DNA from: Mustelus asterias
Lineage: Eukaryota
Length of the DNA stretch: 64,000 bases
Assembly (NCBI RefSeq): GCF_964213995.1
Contig: NC_135808.1
Location: 12,524,001 to 12,588,000 of the forward strand
Direction of reading: 5' to 3'
Shown here one piece after another: positions 24,481 to 36,970 of this stretch. The notes below the pieces were generated by a model. That model was not told the origin of the DNA. It was given only the letters and a program-made list of their open reading frames with translations, and searched no databases. Each line of letters opens with the position of its first letter. Position 1 is the first letter of the stretch. A program made the position numbers and the translations under genes.

Positions 24481-25884
24481 AATATGTTCAGCCCGTGTTC
24501 AATCCACCAGGCGGCACAATGGTTAATGCTGCTGCCTCACAGCCCCAAGGACCCGGGTCACTGTGTGTGTGGAGTCTGCACGTTCTCCCCGTGTCTGCGT
24601 GGGTTTCCTCTGGGTGCACCAGTCTCCTCCCACAGTCCAAAGATGTGCAGGTTAGGTGGATTGGCCATGATAAATTGCCCCTTAGTGTCAGGGGGACTAA
24701 CTAGGGTAAATGCATGGGGTTATGGGGATAGGGCCTGGGTGGGATTGTTGTCAGTGCAGACTCGATGGGCTGAATGGCACTGTAGGGATTCTATGATAAG
24801 ACTTTTTCAGAGCTGTTTGGCTTCCATATCAATGCAGTTCTCCTGGGTCAACTCACCATCTGATTCCCAATTTCCTCAGTCCAGTCAAAGACATGGACTC
24901 AAGCCCCACCCTTGGACATTCATACCCTGGCTTCAGTACACTGCTGAGTGTAGCTTGTCTGTGCACTTACTCAGAAACTGAACTCCAACTTATTGCTGAC
25001 TCCTTTCCCAAAGCGCGTGAAAATAATGGACCTTTTATCAAACTCCCAGAAAAGTAAAGCTTCTCTTCCAACCAGCTCCCACAGCACAACATGTCACTCG
25101 CATGTCATAAGAACATAAGAACTAGGAGCAGGAGAAGGCCATCTGGCCCTCGAGCCTGCCCCGCCATCCAATAAGATCATGGACTTATCATGGACTCAGC
25201 TCCACTTACCTGCCCACGCACCATAACCCTTCATTCCTCCACTGTTCAAAAATTTATCTATCCTTGCCTTAAAACATTCAATGAAGTAGCCTCACTCCTT
25301 CTCTGGGTAGGGAATTCCACAGATTCATAACCCTTTGGGTGAAGAATTTCCTTCTCAACTCAGCCCTAAATTTGCTATGCCCCCTATTTCTAGTTTCACC
25401 CGCCAGTGGAAACAAGATCAAAGCTATGATCCTGGAAACTGTGGACCATTTTCGGTACCTTAGAAACCTCCTCCTGACAAAAGAGAGATGAAATTCATCA
25501 CCACCTCCAATGTGCCAGATCAACCTTTGGTTTACTGAGAAACCTGAGTGTAAGGTCATGGTTTAACAAGCAGCAGTGATTCCCGCAATCCTGGCTGGAA
25601 TTTTCCAATGTCGTGTGCCCCGCCGTCGTTGCCAGCGAGAAGAGAATTTGACGGTTGGCCAAATCCCCATTCATTGCAGCGGGACTGGAGAATCCCAGCC
25701 ATGGACGAGGAGGTTGGAGAATTCCAGCCCTAATACGCTTCAAAGACTTGGTTACATGCTTGAGCCACACTTAGCTTCATGCAGGAGTCTCCAAGAGTGT
25801 TATCCCAAGCCCAGGTACCTTCAGTTGTTTCATCAATGACCACACCTTCAATGTTAAGTCAGAAAGTGAGGTTCTTTCCTGATG

Positions 25885-26850
25885 TTCATCCTTCAATACC
25901 ATTATCCCAACCAAACTCATCCCCAAACTCCATACTCTAGGGCTCGGATCCTCCGTCTGTGACTGGACAGAATTCCTAACCCACAGACCGCAATCAGTAA
26001 GAATAGGCAACAACACCTTCTCCACAATTATCCTCAACATCGGTGCCCCACAAGGCTGTGTCCTCAGCCCCTTACTATACTCCTTATACACTTATGACTA
26101 TGTGGCAAAATTTAGCTCCAACTCCATTTTCAAGTTTGCTGATGGCACCACTGTACTGGGTCAGATCTCAAATAATGATGAGACGGAGTACAGGAGTGAG
26201 AGAATCTAATGGAAATGGTCGAGAGCTTCAAGTTTCTAGGTATCCAGATCACCAACTACCAGTCCTGGTCCCTCCAGACCCACCTTACAGTTAAGAAAGC
26301 CCACCAATGCCTCAACTTTCTCACGAGGCTAAGGAAATTTGGCATGACTCTCACCAATTTTTACAGATGCACCCTTTACGGATGTATCACAGCTTGGTAT
26401 GGCTCCTGCTCTGCCCAAGACCGCAAGGAACTAAAAAGGATTGTGAACGTAGCCCAGTCCATCACTCAAACCAGCCTCCCATCCATTGATTCTGTCTCCA
26501 ATTCCCACTGCCTTGGAAAAGCAGCCAGCATAATCAAAGGACCCCACGCACCCCGGACATGCTCTCTTCCGCCTGCTTCCATTGGGAAAAAGATACAAAA
26601 GCCTGAGCACACGTTCTAACCGACTCGAGAACAGCTTCTTCCCTGCTGCCATCAGGCTTTTGAATGGACCTACCTTATATGAAGTTAATCTTTACACCCT
26701 AGCTATGACTGCAACACTATATTCTGCACTCTCTCCTTTCCTTCTCCCCTATGTACTCTATGAACGATATGTTTTGTCTGTATAGCACGCAAGAAACAAT
26801 ACTTTTCACTATATCCCAATACGTGTGACAATAATAAATCAAATCAGATC
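25885..26850 (+). mobile_element. Rex1/Babar-type LINE RT/3' fragment
   Basis: [17 protein letters not shown]...KFAD; KKAHQ; RLENSFFPAAIRLLN; tail tgtgacaataataaatcaaatc. Confidence 0.88.
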
Positions 26851-28869
26851 AAGATGTTCAATTCTATTCGCAATGCCTTCCTGCAATCAGACCAAAATAA
26901 TGTCAGCCTCAAGTGTGTTAGTGCAACATTTTCAATCAGGCTCTTAAACATTGGAATCAGGTGTTATCAGTTTATTGAATAAACAGTACAGGCAAATAAG
27001 TACTTAACTGCACCCCCCACACCCATGATCTGATTGAAGTTTCAAAAGTGTCACAGTTCTGAGGTCTGTATCTTGGGCCATTTTTTGAATCCAAATACTC
27101 AACAGGGACAATTCTCCCAGTGCCCTTATGTCATCATACATAAGTTAAAAAAGTGTATAAATTTTTCATAAAGTATATAAAAGTTATAAAGTATATAAAA
27201 GTTTCAACACGCTTCTCCATAGGAGAATTTAATTGACTTTTCCAAGATCAAAAATTTCAGTTTTCCTTTTTTTTAAAAATCATCTCCACTTTTGTTGAAC
27301 TAACGTGATTACTGTGTCATGTTTACAGACTCACCATCACATATTAGTGCTATTCAAACAAGTGAAACCATCAATTACACACAAACAAAATTGCAAGCTT
27401 GTCTTTGCTTCTTTTTTTCATTTGAACCAGTTGAAAAGAACACATGCGGAGATGGTTTGCAGCGCTAAACAAGTTTTACACTTTCAATGTTTTCACACTG
27501 TTGTGGGAGAATCGTTAAGACTGTCAGATTGCAGAAGTTCAAGAGCTCGGTTCACTGCAAACTTCTCAGGGGCAATGAGGAATCCTAAATAAAGCCGGCT
27601 TTGTCAGTGTTGTACAGCAATGCAGTCAGCTCACTTGTATAGCAAAGATAAAAGGTTGCCGCACGGTGCGTTACTTAACCAGTTGGTCGAGCTTTATTAG
27701 ATAGGTGTTGCTTGCTAGGGACGGCACGGTGGTTAGCACTGCTGCCTCACAGTGCCAGGGACCCGGGTTCAATTCCCGGCTTGAGTCATTATCTGTGCAG
27801 AGTCTGCACATTCTGTCTGTGGATTTCATTCCACAGTCCAGATGACATGCTGGTTAGGTGCATTGGCCATGCAAAATTCTCCCTCAGTATACCCGGAGTG
27901 TGGCGACGAGGGGATTTTCACAGTAACTTCAATGCAGTGTTAATGCAAGCCTACTTGTGACGCTAATAAATAGACTAACCTAAACTGCTTAGAGTCCAGG
28001 ATGGGAGAGAGGGAACACACCGCAAATGTCTCTGATGGCGTCACCACAAGTCACGTGACTAATCAGAGACGCATTTGTTTACAATAATAGTGATCCATGC
28101 CCACATCCTGAGAATAAATAATAACAAAAATAGTTGCTTATGATCTCAGTGTAACTAGTGATAGAAGATAAATACTGCCTTTATCTCAGTGTAAACAGTG
28201 ATAGACAATAAATACTGCCTTGCTCACATTAACCATAAAAATACAAAAAGCATTCCAAAAGCTTATACAAAATAAAATCCGTAAAAAAATAAATACTGAG
28301 AAATGAAAACAGTTATAATAAAATGCTTCTCTTGAATCATGCATAATATTCAGTAAGGCCACCCCATAAGACAAATACAACTTTTGTAAAACACATCAAG
28401 TTTGGCAAGTACCCAAATCATTTAAAGCAGAACATTCACAGATCTTCGGGCGGGATTTTCCAGCCACGCCCACCCCAAAGCTGAGAAATCCCAAGGGCAA
28501 TGAACCTTTGCAGGGTCTTTCTTCTTGAACATATTCAAGGCTGAAGGCAGCAGATGAGTTAACAAAGGGTACGGGGAGCAAGCAGGAACGTGGAATTAAG
28601 GCCAAATCAGATCAGTCACGATCTTATCAAATGGTGGAACAGTCACAATGGGCCAAATGTCCCACTAAGATTCCTACTTCATGATTTCCCAGGAGGGAAG
28701 AAATTAAAAATGACATTCAAGGACATAAAATTTTCAGCTTTGCAGTCACGATATTCTGATGAGCCACTTGCATGGCAAAGCCACACAAATCAAACAAGAT
28801 CTCAGAAAATTCTACCGCATGAAGAAGCGCCGTTTGCAGTTGTTGAAATTTAAAGTTCAAAATAGATTC

Positions 28870-28875
28870 TTTATT
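28870..28875 (-). terminator. Putative polyadenylation signal of gene A (AATAAA)
   Basis: First minus-strand AATAAA (+ strand tttatt) I found after the stop codon, about 50 nt beyond the end of the 37-bp array. Confidence 0.45.
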
Positions 28876-28924
28876 GACAGATCTTCCTCAATATATGGCA
28901 GTTCATCAATGGGAAAAATGCTCT

Positions 28925-31900
28925 TTGATACTCAGCAATTCTTCACTGCAAAGTGTTTTTCCAATATATAGCAATTCTCCACCAGGAACAGTGTTTTCAA
29001 TATACAGCAACTCTTCAGTGGGGGTGTTTTTGTATATACATCAATTCTTCACTGGGGACAGTGTTTTTCAATATACAGCAATTCTTTACTGGGGACGGTG
29101 GTTTTCAATATACAGCAATTCATCACTCAGGACAGTGGTTTTCAATATACAGCAATTCTTCACTGGGGACAGTGATCCTCAATATACAGCAATTCTTTAC
29201 TGGGGACGGTGGTTTTCAATATACAGCAATTCATCACTCAGGACGGTGGTTTTCAATATACAGCAATTCTTCACTGGGGACAGTGATCCTCAATATACAG
29301 CAATTCTTCACTGGGGACAGTGATCCTCAATATACAGCAATTCTTCACTGGGGACAGTGATCCTCAATATACAGCAATTCTTCACTGGGGACAGTGATCC
29401 TCAATATACAGCAATTCTTCACTGGGGACAGTGTTTTTCAATATACAGCAATTCTTCACTGCGGACAGTGTTTTTCAATATACAGCAATTCTTCACTGGG
29501 GACAGCGTTTTTCAATATACATCAATTCTTCACTGGGAACAGTGGTTTTCAACATGCAGCAATTTTTCACTGGGGACAGTGATCCTCAATATACAGCAAT
29601 TCTTCACTGGGGACAGTGATCCTCAATATACAGCAATTCTTCACTGGGGACAGTGTTTTCAATATACAGCAATTCTTCACTGGGGACAGTGATCCTCAAT
29701 ATACAGCAATTCTTCCCTGGGGACAGTGATCCTCAATATACAGCAATTCTTCCCTGGGAACAGTGATCCTCAATATACAGCAATTCTTCACTGGGGACAG
29801 TGTTTTTCAATATACAGCAATTCTTCCCTGGGAACAGTGATCCTCAATATACAGCAATTCTTCACTGGGGACAGTGTTTTTCAATATACAGCAATTCTTC
29901 ACTGGGGACAGTGATCCTCAATATACAGCAATTCTTCACTGGGGACAGTGTTTTCCAATATACAGCAATTCTTCACTGGGGACAGTGATCCTCAATATAC
30001 AGCAATTCTTCACTGGGGACAGTGATCCTCAATATACAGCAATTCTTCACTGAGAACAGTGATCCTCAATATACAGCAATTCTTCACTGTGAACAGTGTT
30101 TTTCAATATACAGCAATTCTTCACTGGGAACAGTGTTTTTCAATATACAGCAATTCTTCCCTGGGAACAGTGGTTTTCAATATACAGCAATTCTTCACTG
30201 GGGACAGTGATCCTCAATATACAGCAATTCTTCACTGAGAACAGTGATCCTCAATATACAGCAATTCTTCACTGTGAACAGTGTTTTTCAATATACAGCA
30301 ATTCTTCACTGGGAACAGTGTTTTTCAATATACAGCAATTCTTCCCTGGGAACAGTGGTTTTCAATATACAGCAATTCTTCACTGGGGACAGTGATCCTC
30401 AATATACAGCAATTCTTCACTGGGGACAGCGTTTTTCAATATACATCAATTCTTCACTGGGAACAGTGGTTTTCAACATGCAGCAATTCTTCACTGGGGA
30501 CAGTGATCCTCAATATACAGCAATTCTTCACTGGGGACAGTGTTTTCAATATACAGCAATTCTTCACTGGGGACAGTGATCCGCAATATACAGCAATTCT
30601 TCCCTGGGGACAGTGATCCTCAATATACAGCAATTCTTCACTGGGGACAGTGTTTTCAATATACAGCAATTCTTCACTGGGGACAGTGATCCTCAATATA
30701 CAGCAATTCTTCACTGGGGACAGTGTTTTCAATATACAGCAATTCTTCACTGGGGACAGTGATCCTCAATATACAGCAATTCTTCACTGGGGACAGCGTT
30801 TTTCAATATACATCAATTCTTCACTGGGAACAGTGGTTTTCAACATGCAGCAATTCTTCACTGGGGACAGTGATCCTCAATATACAGCAATTCTTCACTG
30901 GGGACAGTGTTTTCAATATACAGCAATTCTTCACTGGGGACAGTGATCCGCAATATACAGCAATTCTTCCCTGGGGACAGTGATCCTCAATATACAGCAA
31001 TTCTTCACTGGGGACAGTGTTTTCAATATACAGCAATTCTTCACTGGGGACAGTGATCCTCAATATACAGCAATTCTTCACTGGGGACAGTGTTTTCAAT
31101 ATACAGCAATTCTTCACTGGGGACAGTGATCCGCAATATACAGCAATTCTTCCCTGGGGACAGTGATCCTCAATATACAGCAATTCTTCACTGGGGACAG
31201 TGTTTTCAATATACAGCAATTCTTCACTGGGGACAGTGATCCTCAATATACAGCAATTCTTCACTGGGGACAGTGATCCGCAATATACAGCAATTCTTCC
31301 CTGGGGACAGTGATCCTCAATATACAGCAATTCTTCACTGGGGACAGTGTTTTCAATATACAGCAATTCTTCACTGGGGACAGTGATCCTCAATATACAG
31401 CAATTCTTCACTGGGGACAGTGGTTTTCAATATACAGCAATTCTTCACTGGGGACAGTGATCCTCAATATACAGCAATTCTTCACTGGGGACAGTGTTTT
31501 CAATATACAGCAATTCTTCACTGGGGACAGTGATCCTCAATATACAGCAATTCTTCCCTGGGGACAGTGATCCTCAATATACAGCAATTCTTCCCTGGGA
31601 ACAGTGATCCTCAATATACAGCAATTCTTCACTGGGGACAGTGTTTTTCAATATACAGCAATTCTTCACTGGGGACAGTGATCCTCAATATACAGCAATT
31701 CTTCACTGGGGACAGTGTTTTTCAATATACAGCAATTCTTCACTGGGGACAGTGATCCTCAATATACAGCAATTCTTCACTGGGGACAGTGTTTTTCAAT
31801 ATACAGCAATTCTTCACTGGGGACAGTGTTTTTCAATATACAGCAATTCTTCACTGGGGACAGTGTTTTTCAATATACAGCAATTCTTCACTGGGGACAG

Positions 31901-32360
31901 TGATCCTCAATATACAGCAATTCTTCACTGGGGACAGTGATCCTCAATATACAGCAATTCTTCACTGAGAACAGTGATCCTCAATATACAGCAATTCTTC
32001 ACTGTGAACAGTGTTTTTCAATATACAGCAATTCTTCACTGGGAACAGTGTTTTTCAATATACAGCAATTCTTCACTGGGAACAGTGTTTTTCAATATAC
32101 AGCAATTCTTCACTGGGGACAGTGTTTTTCAATATACAGCAATTCTTCACTGAGAACAGTGATCCTCAATATACAGCAATTCTTCACTGGGGACAGTGTT
32201 TTTCAATATACAGTAATTCTTCACTGGAGACAGTGTTTTTCAATATACAGCTATTCGTCACTCTGTACAGTGTTTTTCAATATACAGCTATTCGTCACTC
32301 TGTACAGTGTTTTTCAATATACAGCAATTCTTCACTGGGAACAGTGTTCCTCAACGTACA
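28925..32360. repeat. 37-bp (and 36-bp variant) minisatellite, roughly 90 copies: caatatacagcaattcttcactggggacagtg(atcct|ttttt)
   Basis: Head-to-tail units without unique spacers, degenerating at both ends; occupies the predicted 3'UTR of gene A. Confidence 0.98.
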
Positions 32361-32436
32361 CCGATTTTCCTGATTCAATATCACTCTTCAGTGGGACTTT
32401 GCTGCTGGGATTAGATGATGGTCCAGTCATCTCCTG
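32332..32436 (-). CDS. Gene A terminal coding exon (cytoplasmic tail and stop)
   Basis: Very strong acceptor ttcttttttcaatcttttgttcag|cag; phase 0. QEMTGPSSNPSSKVPLKSDIESGKSVYVEEHCSQ followed by TGA. Confidence 0.68.
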   Translation of the reverse strand, partial: QEMTGPSSNPSSKVPLKSDIESGKSVYVEEHCSQ

Positions 32437-34450
32437 CTGAACAAAAGATTGAAAAAAGAACATGAGTTGTCATGTTTGCAAACAGCGAAATAGGAATGCA
32501 CGAAATGGGAATGCACCTGACAATCCATTGCTTCAGCCAGTTACTGCCACTGAATTTATTACCTATTCTGACTATTCCCCCATTTACCCCCAATTTTCCA
32601 GTCCTTTCCTACCTCCATAACTGACTCTTCCATCATCCTACATCAATTCAACACTTTCCATTTTCCTGACCCTAACCATCTCTTTGTGAGAACGTGCAAA
32701 CCCTAAAAAGACAATCACCCAAGGCCGGAATTGAACCCAGGTTCCTGGCGTTGTGAGGCAGCAGTGCTAACCACTTTGCCACTGTGCCGCCCCCTTTCCA
32801 TTCCAGCCATTCACAACTTATCAAGTCACATGTTTCATTTCTTTACTTTCACCTTTATCATTTGTTCTGTAATAAAAACAGAAAATACTGTAGATGGTCA
32901 GCACTGAGCTTGTACATTCTCCCCGTGTCTTCGTGGGTTTCCTATGGGTGCTCCAGTTTCTTCCCACACTCCAAAGATATGCAGTTTTGGTGATTAACCA
33001 TGCTAAATTGCCCCTTAGTATCGGGGGGCTAACAGAGTAAATATGTGGGGTTACGAGGATAGAGCCTGGCTGGGATTGTTGTCGGTGCAGGCTCGATGGG
33101 CCGAATGGCCTCCTTCCGCACTGGAGGGATTCTATGATTTTATTCCCAGCATCTGCAGCATTTTGCCTTGGAAAGTAAAAGGTTGACTTTTTTTTAAAAA
33201 ATCTGCAAGTAGGAACTTTAATTAATAACATCCACTTGACTCTTTAAAAGATGCCTTCAATTGAATTTTTTTTTAGACATGAATAATTCTTATTATTCAA
33301 GTTTGCAGTATAAACCTTCAAGCAGTTTGGTTTTCACAATAAATATTATTATGGACTAGTCAGTAATACAGTTATTGAAATCCTCTCTATAAAGGCAGAA
33401 CGTTTGAGTATCCTCGCGTTTCCTAAGTTTAGTCACTTTTCAAGAGTAAATTCATTGCAACTTGATAAAGACAAATTAGTTCTAAATTTTTAACTGGCAT
33501 TAAACTCAAGAATATTAATATAATCTTGTACATTTTTCCCTCAAGCAGGGTTTACTTTCATTGCTCTATAAAATATTGACAAAACTTTGTAAAAATAATC
33601 CTCCCATCTGTGTGTCACCAAAATCAAACAACACAGCATGCAGTCAATGTTGGAATGTAACCAGTGACAACTTTGTATTGGAGGTAATGTGACCAATGGT
33701 AACAAGCTGTAAGGGTCAGCTGACCCAATAAACCATGGAACCAATTGCAGAATGATGTGATAGTCAGCTGACTCACTATAAATAAGAACCTGTTGGGAAT
33801 TGTGGATTGGCCGAGGGCGAGGCCACAGGTTTGGAGTAATGAAGTTTCTTTATTAAACCCTTTCTTTGATTTATAAGTTGGAGTACGTTTTGGCATATTT
33901 TATTGTCTGCATTTGAAGAGTTCCTTCCGAAGAAAGTCAACACTGTGGCCATCCATACTTTTGGCTCAATTTCCTCATTCTCCATTAAAAAAATACTCAC
34001 CAACAGCAAAATGGGTGGCACTGTGGCACATGGGCATCATGATGCCACATAGGCGGCACAGTGGTTACCACTGCTGCCTCACAGCACCAGAGGCCCAGCT
34101 TCGATTCCCGGCTTGGGTCTCTGTCTGTGCGGAGTCTGCACATTCTCCCCCTGTCTGCTTGGGTTTCCTCCCACAGTCTGAAAGATGTGCTGGTTAGGTG
34201 CACTGGACGTGTTAAATTCTCTGTCAGTGTACCCGAACAGGCACCGGAGTGTGGCAACTATGAGATTTTCGCAGTAACTTCATTGCAGTGTTAACATAAG
34301 CCTACTTGTGACACGAATAAATAAACTTTTAAAAAATATATAATTGTATCACCATTTCTGACTACAATAAAGGAATGAACGGTTTACAGAACGGTTCAAA
34401 GCAACAGATGAATTTCTAACTGATCACTTGTGTTTGGTTCCAATACTTAC

Positions 34451-34503
34451 AATCCTCTCAGCCTCAGCATTGTTTCCATCGGTCTGTTTGGTGCATGTTT
34501 TAC
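34451..34503 (-). CDS. Gene A exon: first cytoplasmic-tail exon
   Basis: Acceptor ttgttcaccatcagcag| (NAGNAG) and donor ATT|gtaagt; 53 nt, phase 1-0. (C)KTCTKQTDGNNAEAERI. Confidence 0.7.
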
Positions 34504-34769
34504 CTGCTGATGGTGAACAAATACAAGGAGTGATATCAATGAGAAAATCAACTAAGCAAAAGTTTTCAATAAATAGACCATTAATTAGCCCATAAATTAT
34601 TTCGCAGAGCTAGTCAGCCTTTAATTTTTAACCAGGTGGTGTGCCAAGGTTTAACAAGTCATAGGAAATTCCATTGTTCATGATAATATTAACCTATTTA
34701 TTTCAAATGCTCTAAAGTAACATAGGAATTCCATAGAAATATATTAAAAACTGGAGGATCGCCTGCCAT

Positions 34770-35231
34770 CACCAGATGGCAGGCCTGTCATGTGAGGAGA
34801 GACTAAGTCGGTTAGAATTCTATTCACTGGTGTTTAGAAGAGTGAGGAGGCATCTCATAGAAACTTATAAAATTCTAACAGGGTTAGACAGGGTAGATTC
34901 AGAAAGAATGATCCCAATGGTGGGGGAGTCCAGAACTAGGGGTCATAGTTTGAGGATAAGAGGTAAACCTCTTAGGACTGAGGTGAGGAGAAATTTCTTC
35001 ACCCAGAGTGTGGCGAATGTGTGGAATTCACTACCATTGAATGTATTTGAGGCCAAAACGTTGTCTGATTTCAAGAAATTAGATATAGCTCTTGGGTAAA
35101 AGGGATCAAGGGATATGGGAGAAAAGGGGGGAATCAGGATATTGAATTCGATGATCAGCCATGATCAAAATAAATGGTGCAGCAGGCTCAAAGGGCCAAA
35201 TGGCCTACTTCTGCTTCTAGTTTTCTATGTT
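34770..35231 (+). mobile_element. CR1 LINE 3' fragment
   Basis: LIETYKIL...TRGHSL...RRNFFTQ..WNSLP. Confidence 0.88.
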
Positions 35232-36562
35232 GCCATCATTTCAAAACTCAGCAATGTTGTCCTTTGATCTTAGGGTAATAAGAAAATAGAACTGAGACAG
35301 TCAAAATAAGTGAATGTGGCAAGAAAAAGTGAAGGTGACTGATTGGTCTTGTGCAAAGACAAGTAAAATATGAACAAAAGTTTTTCTGTAATGAATGGAG
35401 GTAGGGTGGCACAGTGGTTAGCACTGCTGCCTCACAGCACCAGGGACCTGGTTCAATTCCGGCCGACAGTGTGTGTGGAGTTTGCACGTTCTCCCCGTGT
35501 CTGCGTGGGTTTACTAAGGGTGCTCTGGTTTCCTCCTACACTCCAAAGATGTGTGGGTTAGGTGGATTGGCCATGCTGAACTGACCCTTAGTGTCAGGGG
35601 GACTAGCATGGTAAATACGTGAGGTTACGCGGATAGGGCCTGGCTGGAATTGTTGTTGGTGCAGAATGTTGGACCCCCTTGGAGGACGAGAGGGGGGATT
35701 TAATAGTGGGAAATAAGGAAATGGCTGAAGCTTTAAATAAGTTTTTTGTGTCGGTCTTCACGGTGGAAGACACCAATTGTTTACCGAATATTAACGATAG
35801 AGGGTTGGTAGGAGGAGAGGTACTCAATACAATTAATGTTACCAGGGAGGCAGTGCTTGGTAGACTAACGGGACTGAAGGTGGACAAGTCCCCGGGCCCG
35901 GATGGAATGCATCCCAGGGTACTGAAAGAATTGCCAGAGGTAATAGCGGATGCGTTAGTGGTTATTTATCAAAATTCATTGGATTCTGGGGTAGTGCCGG
36001 CGGATTGGAAAACGGCTAATGTTACGCCGCTGTTTAAAAAAGGAAATAGACAAAAGGCGGGTAACTACAGGCCGGTTAGCTGAACGTCTGTAGTTGGGAA
36101 AATGCTAGAATCCATCATTAAAGAAGAAATAGCAGGCCATCTGGATAAGAATGGTTCGATTAAGCAGACGCAGCATGGATTCATGAGGGGAAAGTCATGC
36201 CTGACGAACATGTTGGATTTTTATGAAGATGTGACTAGTGCGGTTGACGGAGGGGAACCGGTGGATGCGGTGTTTTTGGATTTCCAAAAGGCGTTTGATA
36301 AGGTACCTCACAAAAGGTTGCTGAAGAAGATTGGGTCACACGGAGTTGGGGGTAGGGTGTCAGCGTGGATTGGCTATCCGACAGGAAGCAGAGAGTCGGA
36401 ATAAATGGGTGCTTTTCTGGTTGGCAGATGGTAACTAGTGGCGTGCCGCAGGGATCGGTACTGGGGCCTCAACTATTTACCATTTATATAGACGATCTGG
36501 AGGAGGGGACTGAGTGTAGGGTAACAAAGTTTGCAGACGACACAAAGATAAGTGGAAAAGTG

Positions 36563-36970
36563 AACTTGGCTATTCCGCACACATGAGGACGGCCTAAACC
36601 GAGATGTTGGATTTATGTCACATTATCAGTAAGCCCAACAGCTTGCCTCCTGGGCTTGTAGAATCTCACTAGCTGTTCTGTCTGGAGACAATACACATTT
36701 CTTTAACCTGTGTTTAATGTTCCCTCCACCCACATTGTCTGTACCTTTAAGACCTGGCTGGCGGTAGGATTTGCATTCTAATCAGTATTCTGCAACTTGA
36801 TTTTGTCTGTTTGCACTGTTTGAGAGCACATTTCCACTCCATCTGACGAAGGAGCAGTGCTCCGAAAGCTTATGGTATTTGCTACCAAATAAACCTGTTG
36901 GACTTTAACCTGGTGTTGTGAGACTTCTTACTGTGTTCACCCCAGTCCAACGTCGGCATCTCCACATCAT
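36563..36970 (+). mobile_element. Penelope-like element 3' end (same family as 13463-14093)
   Basis: [19 protein letters not shown] followed by a 3' region ending ggcatctccacatcat. Confidence 0.85.
36839..36875 (+). ncRNA. Minimal type I hammerhead ribozyme motif in a Penelope terminal repeat
   Basis: CCAU-CUGACGA-A-GGAGC-agu-GCUCC-GAAA-GCUU-AUGG: intact core, helix I CCAU/AUGG, helix II GGAGC/GCUCC, palindromic AGCU helix III. Confidence 0.7.

Noticed and set aside
29280-32180. Array units as iron-responsive elements (GGGGA-CAGUGA-UCCUC) or as V(D)J recombination signals
   Set aside because: The IRE-like hairpin is antisense to gene A and lacks the C bulge 5 bp from the loop and a lower stem. 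The heptamer/nonamer-like motifs are about 16 nt apart, not 12 or 23.
28925-32360. 37-bp array as a CRISPR array, or its many ORFs as proteins
   Set aside because: No unique spacers, eukaryotic context, and the unit length is not a multiple of three so ORFs cycle through frames.
32341-32364. Tail tyrosine SVYVEE as an ITIM or ITSM
   Set aside because: Position Y+3 is Glu, not Leu, Ile or Val.
33624-34021. Unique-sequence minus-strand ORFs between the two tail exons of gene A
   Set aside because: No convincing acceptor; the 32436 acceptor is far stronger and phase-compatible. An extra small exon here cannot be excluded.
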